Positions 18,748 to 29,568 are shown, counted from the stretch's first letter. The stretch is DNA of 64,000 bases from Minisyncoccota bacterium (GCA_041665325.1 JBAYJB010000001.1:61824-125823); one strand, 5' to 3'. Numbers and translations: made by a program. Notes: generated from the sequence alone by a model not told the origin.

Positions 18748-20865
18748 TTAAGGACCGCGCCCGTTACTGCGTCGCCCACCGTTGTGAGAGGCGGGACCAT
18801 TGTTCCGGCCCGGAGCGGACCGGGATGGGCCGCCGCGGGGCTGGATGGTCGGCTGGCGAGGCGGCGAGTGTCTCGGGGTGTAGCCCCGATAACTGTTGCC
18901 GCCGTGCCGACTGTGCTGTGGGTATGAATACCCACGATGATGGCCAGGGCTGTAGCGGTAACCGTAACCGCTATTACCCCAACCATACTGCACGCCGACC
19001 GAACCGACGATCATCGGTGAGCTGGAGTAATATCCTCCAGTGTAACCGCCGTAGTAGGCCGCCGGTTGAGGTGCCTCATAGGCTTCCTCATAGACGACCT
19101 CTTGGATGACCTCCTCCGTCACTTGGGGCTCGCGGTATTGAAGCGCGACCTTGGGTTCGGGCGGGGGAGGAGTGACCTTCTGCTCGATGTTCACCGTGAC
19201 CTCCACTTTCTGCGGCTGCTGGTGATGCGGCCGGGGTTCTGGATCACACACCGGCGCGGGCGGCTTCGACTCGACGGCCTTTTGGAGGGGCAGTGAATCG
19301 TTGCCATAGACAGGCGGCGTTGCACCGGGAGGGAGCGGCGGCGGTTGCAAATGCTTCCGCTGCAATTCCTCCTGATCGATGCGCAGCCGGTTGAGGCTGT
19401 CCATGATCGCGGCTTGACCGGCCTTGAGGGCCGGATCATCGGAGGAGCTCCTCACTGTCTGCGCGGACTGGGTAGCCCGGGCGAACAGGAAGAACGCCGA
19501 CAACGCCACGACGGCCACGATGGCGAGGATGACCAGCCAGGCCGTGACATTGCTGTCGCGGCTCGACGGGGTCTTCGCCGGCTGGCTCGACGGGACTTCT
19601 GGAGAGGGCTTCGGTCCCGGCTTGTTGGCCAGCTCCGCCACCTTATTCTCGATCTCCTTGAGGCCGCCGATCATGGTCTCACCCTGTTTCTTGAGGCCGT
19701 CGACGCTGGTCTGCACATTGCCCACCCCCGTGATGACCTTGTCGGCCTTCCCGGAGAGGAGTTCGGTGCCACCAGCTACGGCTTCGCCGAGCTGGTCCAC
19801 GGACTCCTGGGTCGCCAGGATGGCGATCCGGGAGAGCACGAGATCCATCCTGCTCGGCGGCCTTGGGGCCGGGGGCGGGGTGGCGGGCTCGGTGGACGGT
19901 GCCGACGGCGGTGGCGTCGCTTTGGACGGCTGGGCCGCGGGCGGTTGCTCGACTTCGTCCCGCGGATCCGCGTGTTGGCGGACCCGGGGTTCCTGGGGCT
20001 TGATCTCGGCGACGTAATGGTCCGTCAGCACGAGCTGGTGCTCGACCGTCTCGCTGCGCTTGCCGTCGTTGCCGAGGGCAGTCGCTTTGATGGTGATCGT
20101 GCCGGTCTTGAGCAGGCCGGCCACCGGATTGAGTTTGCGCAGATGGCCGGTGATATACCGGGCACTGCCAACCTCGTGTTTATCGAGCGGGAACACCTGG
20201 TTCCCATCCTTGTCGACGCCGACGACCTCGAGGAATTTCGTGGTCACGGGATCGACGCGGATGGACAGGTTGAGGCCCCGGAGTTGGATGTCCGGCTTCT
20301 CGATCGTGATGTCCGGGCCTGAAGCCCGATCGCCACGACCCGCGTCCATGATCTCTCCGATGGTGGCCAGAGGAGCCGCCAGGGGAGCCGACGGTGTCTC
20401 CACGACCGGCACCGCCGGAACGACTTCCGCAACGGGTGCGGCCGCCGCTGTTGGGGCGACCACCGCCACAGGTGTGGCTTCGGTCGCCGGAGACAGTTCG
20501 CGCAGAACCTTGGCTTCGTCCGCGCTAAGCGCGAACTCGGCCCGGGCCGGCAGGCTGTCGCGGTATTTCTCGCCGTTGAAGGCGATGACCTCGACAACGT
20601 ATCTGCCCTCGAAGGCCTCGGCGAACGAACCCTTGAGGTTCATGAGATAGACGGCCGGGATATCCAGGCTGCCATCCTTGACCGGGAACGAGTTCTTTTC
20701 GGCTGGCCAGATCGAGACGTTAGCGATGATGTTCCGGACATTGATCCGGAATCCCCCACAATCAGGGGAGGACAAGTGGATCTTGAAGACCACTTCTCCG
20801 GTTGTTTCCCGAGAGACCATGATGGTCGGCGTCGGGAGCGCTTTCTTTTGTGATGACTTTGGCAT
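18748..20865 (-). CDS. Large hypothetical single-pass membrane protein with Pro-rich and Gly/Tyr/Arg-rich low-complexity regions
   Basis: 705 aa with a TM segment (WLVILAIVAVVALSAFFLF), PPxP-rich segments and a C-terminal YGGYTGGYY..GYGYRYSPGHHRGYSY..RGG tail. Confidence 0.55.
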   Translation of the reverse strand: MPKSSQKKALPTPTIMVSRETTGEVVFKIHLSSPDCGGFRINVRNIIANVSIWPAEKNSFPVKDGSLDIPAVYLMNLKGSFAEAFEGRYVVEVIAFNGEKYRDSLPARAEFALSADEAKVLRELSPATEATPVAVVAPTAAAAPVAEVVPAVPVVETPSAPLAAPLATIGEIMDAGRGDRASGPDITIEKPDIQLRGLNLSIRVDPVTTKFLEVVGVDKDGNQVFPLDKHEVGSARYITGHLRKLNPVAGLLKTGTITIKATALGNDGKRSETVEHQLVLTDHYVAEIKPQEPRVRQHADPRDEVEQPPAAQPSKATPPPSAPSTEPATPPPAPRPPSRMDLVLSRIAILATQESVDQLGEAVAGGTELLSGKADKVITGVGNVQTSVDGLKKQGETMIGGLKEIENKVAELANKPGPKPSPEVPSSQPAKTPSSRDSNVTAWLVILAIVAVVALSAFFLFARATQSAQTVRSSSDDPALKAGQAAIMDSLNRLRIDQEELQRKHLQPPPLPPGATPPVYGNDSLPLQKAVESKPPAPVCDPEPRPHHQQPQKVEVTVNIEQKVTPPPPEPKVALQYREPQVTEEVIQEVVYEEAYEAPQPAAYYGGYTGGYYSSSPMIVGSVGVQYGWGNSGYGYRYSPGHHRGYSYPQHSRHGGNSYRGYTPRHSPPRQPTIQPRGGPSRSAPGRNNGPASHNGGRRSNGRGP

Positions 20866-21074
20866 GTTGAAACCCTTTTGGGGCCTCCGGTTGTAAGCCT
20901 CTCGAACTAAGTCGATCAGCTTTGTTGATGTTTCCCCTGCGTAGCAGGGGGTTTATTGGGAGATTATGAGATTGTCAGAGACCCCGTTGCGCCATAAATA
21001 GCACAACTTTTGTATGGGCAGATTATATCATTCCATGGGCAAAAGTCAATAGTGGCCTCTATAGTTATTGCTTT

Positions 21075-21157
21075 GTGCCGGGGAGAGGACTCGAACCTCC
21101 AAGGATTGCTCCGCGTGGTCCTAAGCCACGTGCGTCTACCAATTTCGCCACCCCGGC
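21075..21157 (-). tRNA. tRNA-Leu (anticodon TAG)
   Basis: Cloverleaf read by eye: acceptor GCCGGGG/CCCCGGC, anticodon loop CTTAGGA, long variable arm, T-loop TTCGAGT. No encoded CCA. Confidence 0.8.
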
Positions 21158-21187
21158 GTTGCTTTCCGATTATAACACTATCTTCTG

Positions 21188-21260
21188 TGCGCCCAGTAGG
21201 GATCGAACCTACGACCTTATCCTTAAGAGGGATCTGCTCTACCAGCTGAGCTATGGGCGC
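21188..21260 (-). tRNA. tRNA-Lys (anticodon CTT)
   Basis: Acceptor GCGCCCA/TGGGCGC, D-arm GCTC-AGCTGGTA-GAGC, anticodon loop CTCTTAA, T-arm GTAGG-TTCGATC-CCTAC. Confidence 0.8.
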
Positions 21261-21392
21261 GAGCGAGAAGCAGAGGAAAAGCTAGCTTTTCCTCTGACTT
21301 CGAGCGAAGCGCCCACGCCGAGCGTAGCGAGGCTTGGGCGCACGGGAAGTTGTCAAACCACGTAAAACAAGCACTCCGCTAATGTAACAGAT

Positions 21393-21428
21393 TTAATCAT
21401 TCCTGTCATTCCCATTCTTGCACCGGAT
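21393..21428 (+). promoter_or_regulatory. Putative promoter for rpmF (TTGCAC-N16-TAATAC with a TGTG upstream element)
   Basis: Read directly from the sequence. Confidence 0.25.
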
Positions 21429-21452
21429 GCGAATGTGTGTAATACTACCACC

Positions 21453-21677
21453 ATGGTAAATCGAATGCGTGCCACGCGGTCTCACCGCGACAATAGACGC
21501 TCACATCACGCTCTAGATGCGGCGCGTGTTTCGAAATGCCAGAATTGCGGCGTCGCCCACAAGAGCCATGCGGTGTGCATGAGCTGTGGATGGTACAATG
21601 GCCGCAAGGTCCTCGACCTTACCATCAAGGCTTCCGCCAAGGCCAAGAAGGCCGCGGCTGCCGCGAAGAAGGTTTAG
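21453..21677 (+). CDS. rpmF: 50S ribosomal protein L32 (with Lys/Ala-rich C-terminal tail)
   Basis: MVNRMRATRSHRDNRRSHHALDAARVSKCQNCGVAHKSHAVCMSCGWYNGRKVL matches the L32 zinc-ribbon pattern. Confidence 0.8.
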   Translation: MVNRMRATRSHRDNRRSHHALDAARVSKCQNCGVAHKSHAVCMSCGWYNGRKVLDLTIKASAKAKKAAAAAKKV

Positions 21678-21792
21678 TAGTGTAGCTCCGTTGTCATCCT
21701 AGGATCGTGCATCAGGCATCGTGACTCGTCGTTATCCCTGATCTACGATTCTCACAATCTAACATCGTCAATCAATAGCTCTTTCAAACACC

Positions 21793-22695
21793 ATGGCCAA
21801 CCGCCACCTCTCCAGATCCATCGTCCTCCAATCGCTCTTCGAGTGGGATTTTTGCGGTGGCAAACTCAAGACCAAAGACATCATCAGCCGGAATAGCAAA
21901 GAATTCGCGCCCGGCCTGACGGACCTCGCCTTCGTCGAATCTCTCATCGACGGCATCATCGCCAAGAAGCCGGAGATCGACGCCATCATCGAGAAGGCCG
22001 CTCCCGATTGGCCGATAGACAAGATCTCGCCTGTAGACAGGAATGTGCTCCGCCTCGGCCTCTACGAACTGCTCTTTGCCGATCGCTCCGAGGTCCCGGC
22101 CAAGGTCGCCATCAACGAAGCCATCGAGCTAGCCAAGACTTTTGGCGGCGAGACTTCTGGCCGCTTCGTCAACGGCGTCCTCGGCGCTGTCTACAAAGAG
22201 CTCGGCGAGCCGGGCAAGGATGCCGTCTCATCCAAGAAGAAGAAAGCTCCCGAAGTGCCTTATGAGCAGATGATCGTCCAGCATCTCGGCGGGGCAGTCG
22301 TCTATGGCCGGAGCGGTCAGGAGATCTATCTGGCTTTCGTCCATGACATCTTCGGCCATTGGACGCTCTCCAAGGGTAAGATCCTCGAGGGAGTCGATCC
22401 CTCCGACGGCACTATCGCCAAGGTCAAGGAAGAGATCGGACTCACGGTCAAGATCATCGCCGACCTCGGCACCAACGAATACATCGCCAACGACCCCGAC
22501 CTCGGCAAGATCAGGAAGCAGGTACACTACTATCTCGCGGAAGCGCCGTTCGGCGACCTGACTCTGGCCAAGAAGCCTGGCCTCGACGACGCCAAATGGT
22601 TCAAGCTCGCCGACATTCTTGAGCTCAATTTCTATAACGACATCCTGCCGATCGTCACCAAGGCCGTGACGATACTCTCCGAACAGGAAAAGTAA
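21793..22695 (+). CDS. nusB: Transcription antitermination factor NusB fused to a C-terminal degenerate Nudix-fold domain
   Basis: The N-terminal 137 aa are NusB-like (LRLGLYELLF.. VNGVLGAV). The C-terminal 160 aa align to the Nudix box as KGKILEGVDPSDGTIAKVKEEIGL versus GGKIEMGETPEQAVVRELQEEVGI, with the RE pair replaced by AK. Confidence 0.7.
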   Translation: MANRHLSRSIVLQSLFEWDFCGGKLKTKDIISRNSKEFAPGLTDLAFVESLIDGIIAKKPEIDAIIEKAAPDWPIDKISPVDRNVLRLGLYELLFADRSEVPAKVAINEAIELAKTFGGETSGRFVNGVLGAVYKELGEPGKDAVSSKKKKAPEVPYEQMIVQHLGGAVVYGRSGQEIYLAFVHDIFGHWTLSKGKILEGVDPSDGTIAKVKEEIGLTVKIIADLGTNEYIANDPDLGKIRKQVHYYLAEAPFGDLTLAKKPGLDDAKWFKLADILELNFYNDILPIVTKAVTILSEQEK

Positions 22696-22703
22696 CCGCT
22701 CCC

Positions 22704-23405
22704 ATGACTACCATCAACTTCGAATCACTAGCTGAACATATCGGCGTGTCGATGGGCGACATCTCGCTCTTGCGTACGGCCTGCACGCACCGCTCGTACT
22801 TGAATGAGAATCGAGCCGCCGGGCTCGAGCACAATGAGCGCCTGGAATTCCTGGGCGATGCCGTCCTCGAGCTGGTGGTGACTAGCTATCTTTTCCGGAA
22901 ATACCCGACCAAGGCCGAAGGGACGCTGACGGCCTATCGTTCGGTTCTGGTCAACACAGTCAGTCTCATCAAGGTGGCCGAACGCATCGGCTTGAGAGAC
23001 TTCATCCTGCTCTCCAAGGGCGAATCCAAGGACAGCGGACGCGGCCGATCCGTGATCATCGCTAACGCGGTCGAGGCCATCATCGGCGCCATCTATCTCG
23101 ACCAGGGCTACAACGGTGCGGCCAACTTCATCGCCAATCACATCCTCGAGGTCATCGATATCGACAAGATCGTCGAGAGCAAATCATGGATCGATGCCAA
23201 GAGCCGCTTCCAGGAGGCGGCGCAGGACAAGGCCGGTCTGACACCGACCTACAAGACCATGAAGGAGGACGGGCCCGACCATGACAAGCATTTCACTCTG
23301 GGTGTGTTCCTCGGTAGCGTGCAAGTCGCTTCCGGCAGCGGACCGTCCAAGCAGGAGGCCGAGCAGAAGGCGGCCGAGAAGGCGCTTGAGGTCAAGGGGT
23401 GGTGA
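22704..23405 (+). CDS. rnc: Ribonuclease III
   Basis: ERLEFLGDAVLELVVTSYLF signature and a C-terminal dsRBD. Confidence 0.9.
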   Translation: MTTINFESLAEHIGVSMGDISLLRTACTHRSYLNENRAAGLEHNERLEFLGDAVLELVVTSYLFRKYPTKAEGTLTAYRSVLVNTVSLIKVAERIGLRDFILLSKGESKDSGRGRSVIIANAVEAIIGAIYLDQGYNGAANFIANHILEVIDIDKIVESKSWIDAKSRFQEAAQDKAGLTPTYKTMKEDGPDHDKHFTLGVFLGSVQVASGSGPSKQEAEQKAAEKALEVKGW

Positions 23406-23468
23406 TGTTGGGGTATTTTTGCGCTACAATTACCTGTACATCCCGAATACTGACTGCATACCTTTCTC

Positions 23469-25733
23469 ATGTATCTGAAATCCCTGGAACTATCCGGCTT
23501 CAAATCATTCGCCAAGAAGGCGACTCTTTCTTTTACCACGCCTATCACCGGCATCGTCGGGCCGAACGGTTCCGGTAAGTCCAATGTGGCAGAGGCCTTC
23601 CGCTTCGTCTTGGGCGAGCAGTCCATCAAGTCCCTGCGCGGCAAGCGCGGCGAAGACATGATCTGGAACGGCGGCGGGGAAGGTCCGACCAGCGCTGGTC
23701 GGTCCAATCGTGCCAACGTCAAACTCGTCTTCGATAATTCACGCAAGCTCTTCGAGACTATCGACTTCAGCGAAGTAGCCGTCGAACGCATCGTGCATCG
23801 CGACAACAGCAACGAATACCTCTTGAACGGCAGTCCGGTTCGTCTCAAGGACATCGTCGAACTCCTGGCCATCGCTCACATCGGCGCCACCGGTCACCAC
23901 ATCATCTCTCAAGGCGAGGCCGACCGCATCCTCTCCGCTTCGATCCGCGAACGCCGCGAGATGATCGAGGACGCCCTCGGCCTCAAGATCTACCAGTGGA
24001 AGAAGCTCGAGAGCATCCGCAAGCTCGAGAAGACCGAAGAGAACATGAAGCAGGTGGAGTCCCTGCGCCGCGAGATCGCCCCACATATCCGCTTCCTCAA
24101 GAAGCAGGTCGAGAAGATCGAGAAAGCCGAAGCCATGCGCAAAGACCTGATCACGATGTACCAGGAATATCTGGCGGCCGAGGATCATTATGTTCATACG
24201 GAGAAGGAGCGCCTGAATACAGAATTAGCCGACCCAAGGAAAGAGCTCGGCGAATTGGACAAGGAGTTGGAGCGGGCCAAGGATATTCTGACGGCTTCCA
24301 AGAATAAGGACCAGAAGAGCGATGAGGTCATCGCTCTCGAGGGTAAACTCGTTGCGATCCGGAGCGAGCGGGATGCCATCACACGCGAACTGGGACGGCT
24401 CGAGGGCGAGATCGGCGCCAACGAGCGTGCTATCGATAAAGAGAAAGAAAAACAGAAGCGCGACGAATTCAAGACCGTCTATCTCAAGGACCTAGAAGAT
24501 GTGGTTAGCACCATTGAATCATACAAGTCGATCGAGGATATCAAGAAGCTTTTCAATGAAATTGTAAACACTCTCCGCAGTTTTATCATTAAGCATCGTG
24601 GTTTGAATGATTCAGCGCTGATCGCTGATGCAACCAAGGAGATCGAATCTCTGCAAAAGGAAAAGAATAAACATGACGAAAAGCTCAGAGGAGTTGATCA
24701 ATCGGAATCCGAGTTTATCCACAAGTATGACGAGCTCAAAAAGACCATAGAGAAGGAGAAAGACACCAACCGCGATGCGGAAAAGGATGTCTTCCGCATC
24801 ATCGCGCGCCAGAATGAGATCCGCGGCACCATCTCACAGTTGACCACCGCGCTCAATGTGGTCATCCACGACGCCGGAATCCTCGAGCGAGACATGGGCG
24901 AGGCCGGCATATTGGCGGGCAGGGAGGCCATCAACTATACGCCGGTCCCAGCTTTCACCAAGACTGCTCCGCGCGAGACCCAAGAAGAGCGTCGCAGGCA
25001 GATCGAGAAGGTCAAAGTCCGCCTCGAAGATGCCGGCGCCGGTGGCGGCGCTGAAGTGCTGAAGGAGTACAGAGAGACCGAGGAGCGTGACGCATTCTTG
25101 GGAAGGGAACTCCTCGATCTTGAGAAGGCCAGCAAAGAGCTCTCGGTCCTGATCGCCGAGCTCGATATGCGCATCGATGTGGAATTCAAGACCGGCATCC
25201 TCAAGATCAACACGGAATTCAACAAATATTTCAACTTGATGTTCGGCGGCGGCCGAGCGGAGCTCAATGTGGTCAAGGAACCGAAGCGCCGCCGCAAGAG
25301 CGACGCGGATGACTTGAGCGAAGCGCTTGCCGGCGACGCATTAGAAAATCCTGATATCGAAGCAGAGGAGGAAGGCCCGGAAGGCTTGGAGGTCAATGTC
25401 AGTTTGCCGCGCAAGAAAGTTAAAGGCCTGATGATGCTCTCCGGCGGCGAGCGCGCCCTGACCTCGATCGCGCTCCTTTTCGCTATTTCTCAAGTTAATC
25501 CTCCGCCGTTCGTCATCCTCGACGAGACCGACGCCGCCCTCGACGAGGCTAATTCCCGCAAATACGGCGATATGATCGAAAATTTGTCGAAACATTCGCA
25601 ATTGATCCTGATCACCCACAACCGCGAGACCATGTCACGGGCCGGTGTGCTCTATGGCGTGACGATGGGTTCCGATGGCGCCTCCAAGTTGCTCTCACTA
25701 GCCTTTGAAGATGCCGTGAAAGTGGCGAAATGA
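23469..25733 (+). CDS. smc: SMC-family chromosome segregation ATPase (short, 754 aa)
   Basis: N-terminus LKSLELSGFKSF..GIVGPNGSGKSNVAEAFRFVLGEQSIKSLRG; C-terminus LSGGERALTSIALLFA..FVILDETDAALD. The coiled-coil region is shortened. Confidence 0.8.
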   Translation: MYLKSLELSGFKSFAKKATLSFTTPITGIVGPNGSGKSNVAEAFRFVLGEQSIKSLRGKRGEDMIWNGGGEGPTSAGRSNRANVKLVFDNSRKLFETIDFSEVAVERIVHRDNSNEYLLNGSPVRLKDIVELLAIAHIGATGHHIISQGEADRILSASIRERREMIEDALGLKIYQWKKLESIRKLEKTEENMKQVESLRREIAPHIRFLKKQVEKIEKAEAMRKDLITMYQEYLAAEDHYVHTEKERLNTELADPRKELGELDKELERAKDILTASKNKDQKSDEVIALEGKLVAIRSERDAITRELGRLEGEIGANERAIDKEKEKQKRDEFKTVYLKDLEDVVSTIESYKSIEDIKKLFNEIVNTLRSFIIKHRGLNDSALIADATKEIESLQKEKNKHDEKLRGVDQSESEFIHKYDELKKTIEKEKDTNRDAEKDVFRIIARQNEIRGTISQLTTALNVVIHDAGILERDMGEAGILAGREAINYTPVPAFTKTAPRETQEERRRQIEKVKVRLEDAGAGGGAEVLKEYRETEERDAFLGRELLDLEKASKELSVLIAELDMRIDVEFKTGILKINTEFNKYFNLMFGGGRAELNVVKEPKRRRKSDADDLSEALAGDALENPDIEAEEEGPEGLEVNVSLPRKKVKGLMMLSGGERALTSIALLFAISQVNPPPFVILDETDAALDEANSRKYGDMIENLSKHSQLILITHNRETMSRAGVLYGVTMGSDGASKLLSLAFEDAVKVAK

Positions 25734-25741
25734 TCATTATT

Positions 25742-25854
25742 GGAGCAATGTGACATGACAATCTCGAGACACGGATATTTTCCTGCTGGAAAATTCCTCG
25801 TGCTCGCGCCAGTCGCGCTCGCAAGTTCTCGAGATTGTCATGTCACATTGCTCC
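25742..25854. repeat. Variable-stem/conserved-core palindromic element, copy 2 (28-bp perfect arms + 57-bp core)
   Basis: The arms GGAGCAATGTGACATGACAATCTCGAGA and TCTCGAGATTGTCATGTCACATTGCTCC are perfect reverse complements. The core is identical to copy 1. Confidence 0.85.
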
Positions 25855-25892
25855 CTCATTGCATTCTGCTTGGTTCAAGGTAAACTACAGGC

Positions 25893-26648
25893 ATGAATGA
25901 CCTCTCCAAACAGCAACTTTTACTCCTGGCCCTTCTGGTCTCATTCGTGACTTCGCTCATGACGGGCATCGTCACGGTCTCACTCATGGACCAGGCGCCC
26001 CGGGGCGTGACACGGACTATCACCCAGGTTATCCAGCGCACGGTATCCAATTCCGTATCGAGCGAGGGCAACTCGGCGGCCGTCTCGATTGCCGTGGATG
26101 ACCAGGTGGCTGATGCCACTGCGGAAGTGGTTTCCTCGATCGTCCGTTTGCGTGATGGAGCTACCGGCCCTGTTGTCGGTTTGGGCATGATCGTCTCCGC
26201 GAGCGGCTCGATCATGGCCGACAAGAACATCATCGACAACCTCAACTACCCTCAGGCGGTCTTTGCCGACGGCACCGCGGCCCCGATCAGTGTCGTGCGT
26301 TTCCAAGTCGATGGTGATATCGCTTTTCTCATGCCGACTACGCCTCTCAAATCCCCGGTCAAACCAGTCAGATTCGCTGATCCGGTCCGTCTGGGCGCCA
26401 CGGTCTGGTCGCTGACTGGCGCTGCCACATACACTCTTTCCCAGGGTATCGTGAATGAACTTTCGCCGATTGGTACAGCCGGACTCGCCATCGTCAATAC
26501 CACGATCGAGCTCGATCAGGTCATGTCCGGCGCGCCGCTTTTCGATGCTTCCGGCGCCGTCATCGGTATAGAGACCAAATCATCTCATGGCTCCGCCGGC
26601 GCCTCCTTCTATCCAGTCCGCGAGGCTAGGAATGCCGTGCCGAAATAA
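25893..26648 (+). CDS. Membrane-anchored trypsin-like (S1C/HtrA-like) serine peptidase, divergent
   Basis: N-terminal TM segment and a chymotrypsin-fold-like region with a GDSGGP-like motif (VMSGAPLFDASGAVIGI). Confidence 0.45.
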   Translation: MNDLSKQQLLLLALLVSFVTSLMTGIVTVSLMDQAPRGVTRTITQVIQRTVSNSVSSEGNSAAVSIAVDDQVADATAEVVSSIVRLRDGATGPVVGLGMIVSASGSIMADKNIIDNLNYPQAVFADGTAAPISVVRFQVDGDIAFLMPTTPLKSPVKPVRFADPVRLGATVWSLTGAATYTLSQGIVNELSPIGTAGLAIVNTTIELDQVMSGAPLFDASGAVIGIETKSSHGSAGASFYPVREARNAVPK

Positions 26649-26731
26649 CAGACGCGAAGTGCAAGACATGCGGATTCGGAGACATAGTATTTCTTGATTT
26701 CATCACACTTTTGTAGTATTGTATAACTCCT

Positions 26732-29431
26732 ATGCCTCCGATCAGTAAGCTCACAACCAAGGCCCGGGAAGCCCTGAAGAGGGCCCATGAATTGGCCATC
26801 GAGCGCGGCCAGAATCACGTCAATCCAGTGCATCTTCTGTGCGCCCTCATCCTCCAAGAAGAGAGCATGGTGGCTTCCATTCTCGACAAGCTCGAGGTGG
26901 ATACCCCGATGCTCACTGACGTAGTCTTGGAGCACATCGAGTCCCCGGAAGGATCGAACGTGCTTTCACCTTCATACCAGATCTATCTCACGCCAGACCT
27001 GGCCCAGATCCTGGATAACTCTCTGCGCGTGGCCGGTACGCTCAAGGACGAATTTATCTCGACCGAACACCTCTTCTTGTCGATCTTCGACATCCCGTGC
27101 ATCGCTCGCGATGTCCTGGTACGCTTCAAGATCGAACGCGACAATGTGACCAAGATCGTCGAGGAGCTCAAGGCCAACCCGCAGACCAAGGACAATGAGC
27201 CCAAGAAGTTCCGCACCCTCTACAAGTATGCGCGTTCGCTCACCAAGCTGGCACGCGAGAACAAGCTCGATCCAGTCATCGGCCGCGACAATGAGATCAT
27301 GCGCATCATCCAGATCCTTTCGCGCCGCACCAAGAACAACCCGATACTGATCGGCGAGGCCGGCGTGGGCAAGACCGCCATCGTCGAGGGTCTAGCTCTG
27401 CGCATGTCGCAAGGGGATATCCCTGAATCTCTCAAGGACAAAGAGCTCGTCTCGCTCGACCTTGGCCAGCTCATCGCCGGCACCAAGTATCGCGGCGAAT
27501 TCGAAGAGCGTCTCAAGAATATCCTCAAGGAGATAGAGCGCGCCGAGGGCAGGATCATCCTATTCGTCGATGAGATCCACACCCTGGTCGGCGCTGGTGC
27601 CTCCGAGGGTTCGATGGACGCTTCGAACATGTTGAAGCCTGCCTTGGCCCGCGGTGAGTTGCGCGCCATTGGTGCCACCACCATCAAGGAATATCAGAAA
27701 TACATCGAGAAAGATCCGGCTCTGACGCGCCGCTTCCAGCCGGTCTTCGTCAACGAGCCATCGATCGAAGATGCCGTTTCCATACTGCGCGGCCTCAAAG
27801 AGAAGTACGAGCTCTATCACGGCGTACGCATCACCGATGATTCCATCATTGCGGCGGTGAACTTGGCCAGCCGCTATATCACCGACCGCTTCTTGCCCGA
27901 CAAGGTCGTCGACTTGATCGATGAGGCCTCTTCGTCCCTGCGTATCTCGCTCGAGAACATGCCGCCCGAGCTCGAGATCACCCGCCGCAAGATCATGCGC
28001 CTTGAGATCGAGCGCGAGGCTCTCAAGAAGGAGAATAGCAAAGAATCCAAGGCTCGCAGTACCAAGATCGAGCGGGAGGTCGCCGATCTGAAGGAGAGCA
28101 CTTCGGAGCTTGAGCTCAAGTGGAAGAATGAGAAGAACACCATCACCGATATCAAGAAGATCAAGAAGGAGCTGGAGGTCCTGCGCATCGAGGCCGACAT
28201 GGCTGAAGCCCGTCCGGACCTAGCCAAGGCCGCGGAACTGCGCTACGGCCGCATTCCAGGCCTGGAGAAGGATCTGGAGACCAGGAATAAGCGCCTCAAG
28301 AAGCTCCAGTCATCCCGCCGCATCCTCAAGGAAGAGATCACCGCCGAGGATATCGCCGGCGTGGTCTCGCGTTGGACAGGCATCCCAGTCTCACGCATGC
28401 TCGAGTCCGAAGCGTCCAAGCTCACTCGCATGGAGGCCGAGCTCAAGCGCCGCATCGTGGGGCAGGACGAGGCCGTCACCAAGATTTCTGACACCGTGCG
28501 CCGTTCGAGGGCCGGCATCGCCGACCAGAACCGGCCGATCGGCTCATTCATCTTCCTCGGACCGACTGGTGTGGGCAAGACCGAGCTTACTAAGGCTCTG
28601 GCCGAGTTCCTCTTCAATGACGAGAAGGCTCTGGTGCGCGTCGACATGTCCGAATTCATGGAGAAGCACTCCGTGTCTAAGCTCATCGGCGCGCCTCCGG
28701 GGTATGTCGGCTATGACGAGGCCGGCGGTCTGACCGAGACTATCCGCCACCGCCCGTATGCGGTCATCCTCTTCGACGAGATCGAGAAGGCCCATCCGGA
28801 AGTCTTCAATGTGCTCCTCCAGGTCCTCGACAACGGCCGCCTGACCGATAGTAAGGGACGTATCGTCAATTTTCGCAACACCATCATCATCATGACCTCC
28901 AATATCGGCGCCCAACACATCGAGCGTATGGAGAAGCTCGGCTTCGCCAAGACCCAAGGCAACCGCGACCGAGAGAACTACGCCGAAGCCAAGGACAAGA
29001 TCATGGCTTCGCTCAAGGATTATTTCCGCCCGGAATTCCTGAATCGCGTCGACGACACAGTGATTTTCGATATCCTCTCGCAGGAAGCCGTCCGCGAGAT
29101 CGTCAAGATCCAGGTGGCCGAGGTGGTCAAGCGCCTCGCCGACAAGCACATCGAGCTTATTCTCTCCTCGCCGGCTCTCGACTATCTGGCCAAGGAGGGC
29201 TACAACCCGCAGTACGGCGCTAGACCGCTCAAGCGTCTGATCCAGTCCAAGATCCTCACGCCGGTGGCCAACCTGCTCATCGGTCAGGAAGTAGCGAAGG
29301 GTGGGGCAGTCCTAGTTGGCGTCAAGGATGTCTTCGGCAAACCGGAGCTCAAGGATTTCACTTTCGAGGTGCGCAAGAAGCATAAGGGCGAGTCGCCGAT
29401 CATCGCTCACGAGGCTGTGGTGCAGAAGTAA
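26732..29431 (+). CDS. clpB: ATP-dependent chaperone ClpB
   Basis: Clp N-domain, two AAA+ modules ([15 protein letters not shown]; [15 protein letters not shown]) and a long coiled-coil M-domain. Confidence 0.9.
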   Translation: MPPISKLTTKAREALKRAHELAIERGQNHVNPVHLLCALILQEESMVASILDKLEVDTPMLTDVVLEHIESPEGSNVLSPSYQIYLTPDLAQILDNSLRVAGTLKDEFISTEHLFLSIFDIPCIARDVLVRFKIERDNVTKIVEELKANPQTKDNEPKKFRTLYKYARSLTKLARENKLDPVIGRDNEIMRIIQILSRRTKNNPILIGEAGVGKTAIVEGLALRMSQGDIPESLKDKELVSLDLGQLIAGTKYRGEFEERLKNILKEIERAEGRIILFVDEIHTLVGAGASEGSMDASNMLKPALARGELRAIGATTIKEYQKYIEKDPALTRRFQPVFVNEPSIEDAVSILRGLKEKYELYHGVRITDDSIIAAVNLASRYITDRFLPDKVVDLIDEASSSLRISLENMPPELEITRRKIMRLEIEREALKKENSKESKARSTKIEREVADLKESTSELELKWKNEKNTITDIKKIKKELEVLRIEADMAEARPDLAKAAELRYGRIPGLEKDLETRNKRLKKLQSSRRILKEEITAEDIAGVVSRWTGIPVSRMLESEASKLTRMEAELKRRIVGQDEAVTKISDTVRRSRAGIADQNRPIGSFIFLGPTGVGKTELTKALAEFLFNDEKALVRVDMSEFMEKHSVSKLIGAPPGYVGYDEAGGLTETIRHRPYAVILFDEIEKAHPEVFNVLLQVLDNGRLTDSKGRIVNFRNTIIIMTSNIGAQHIERMEKLGFAKTQGNRDRENYAEAKDKIMASLKDYFRPEFLNRVDDTVIFDILSQEAVREIVKIQVAEVVKRLADKHIELILSSPALDYLAKEGYNPQYGARPLKRLIQSKILTPVANLLIGQEVAKGGAVLVGVKDVFGKPELKDFTFEVRKKHKGESPIIAHEAVVQK

Positions 29432-29485
29432 TTGCGGAATCACCCGAATCATATTAGAATCAACACGGGTTCGTTCAAAGCACAT

Positions 29486-29568
29486 GCGCCGTTCGGATAG
29501 CGGCTATTCCAGGGGACTGTAAATCCCCGGCCTTTTAGGCATCGCTGGTTCGAGTCCAGCACGGCGCA
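29486..29568 (+). tRNA. tRNA-Tyr (anticodon GTA)
   Basis: Acceptor GCGCCGT/ACGGCGC, anticodon stem-loop GGGGA-CTGTAAA-TCCCC, long variable arm, T-arm GCTGG-TTCGAGT-CCAGC, discriminator A. Confidence 0.75.

Noticed and set aside
21261-21300. Palindrome GAGGAAAAGCTAGCTTTTCCTC next to tRNA-Lys
   Set aside because: A perfect hairpin but with no adjacent U-tract on either strand. It lies upstream of the tRNA on the coding strand, so it is not a convincing terminator. It may be incidental or a processing site.
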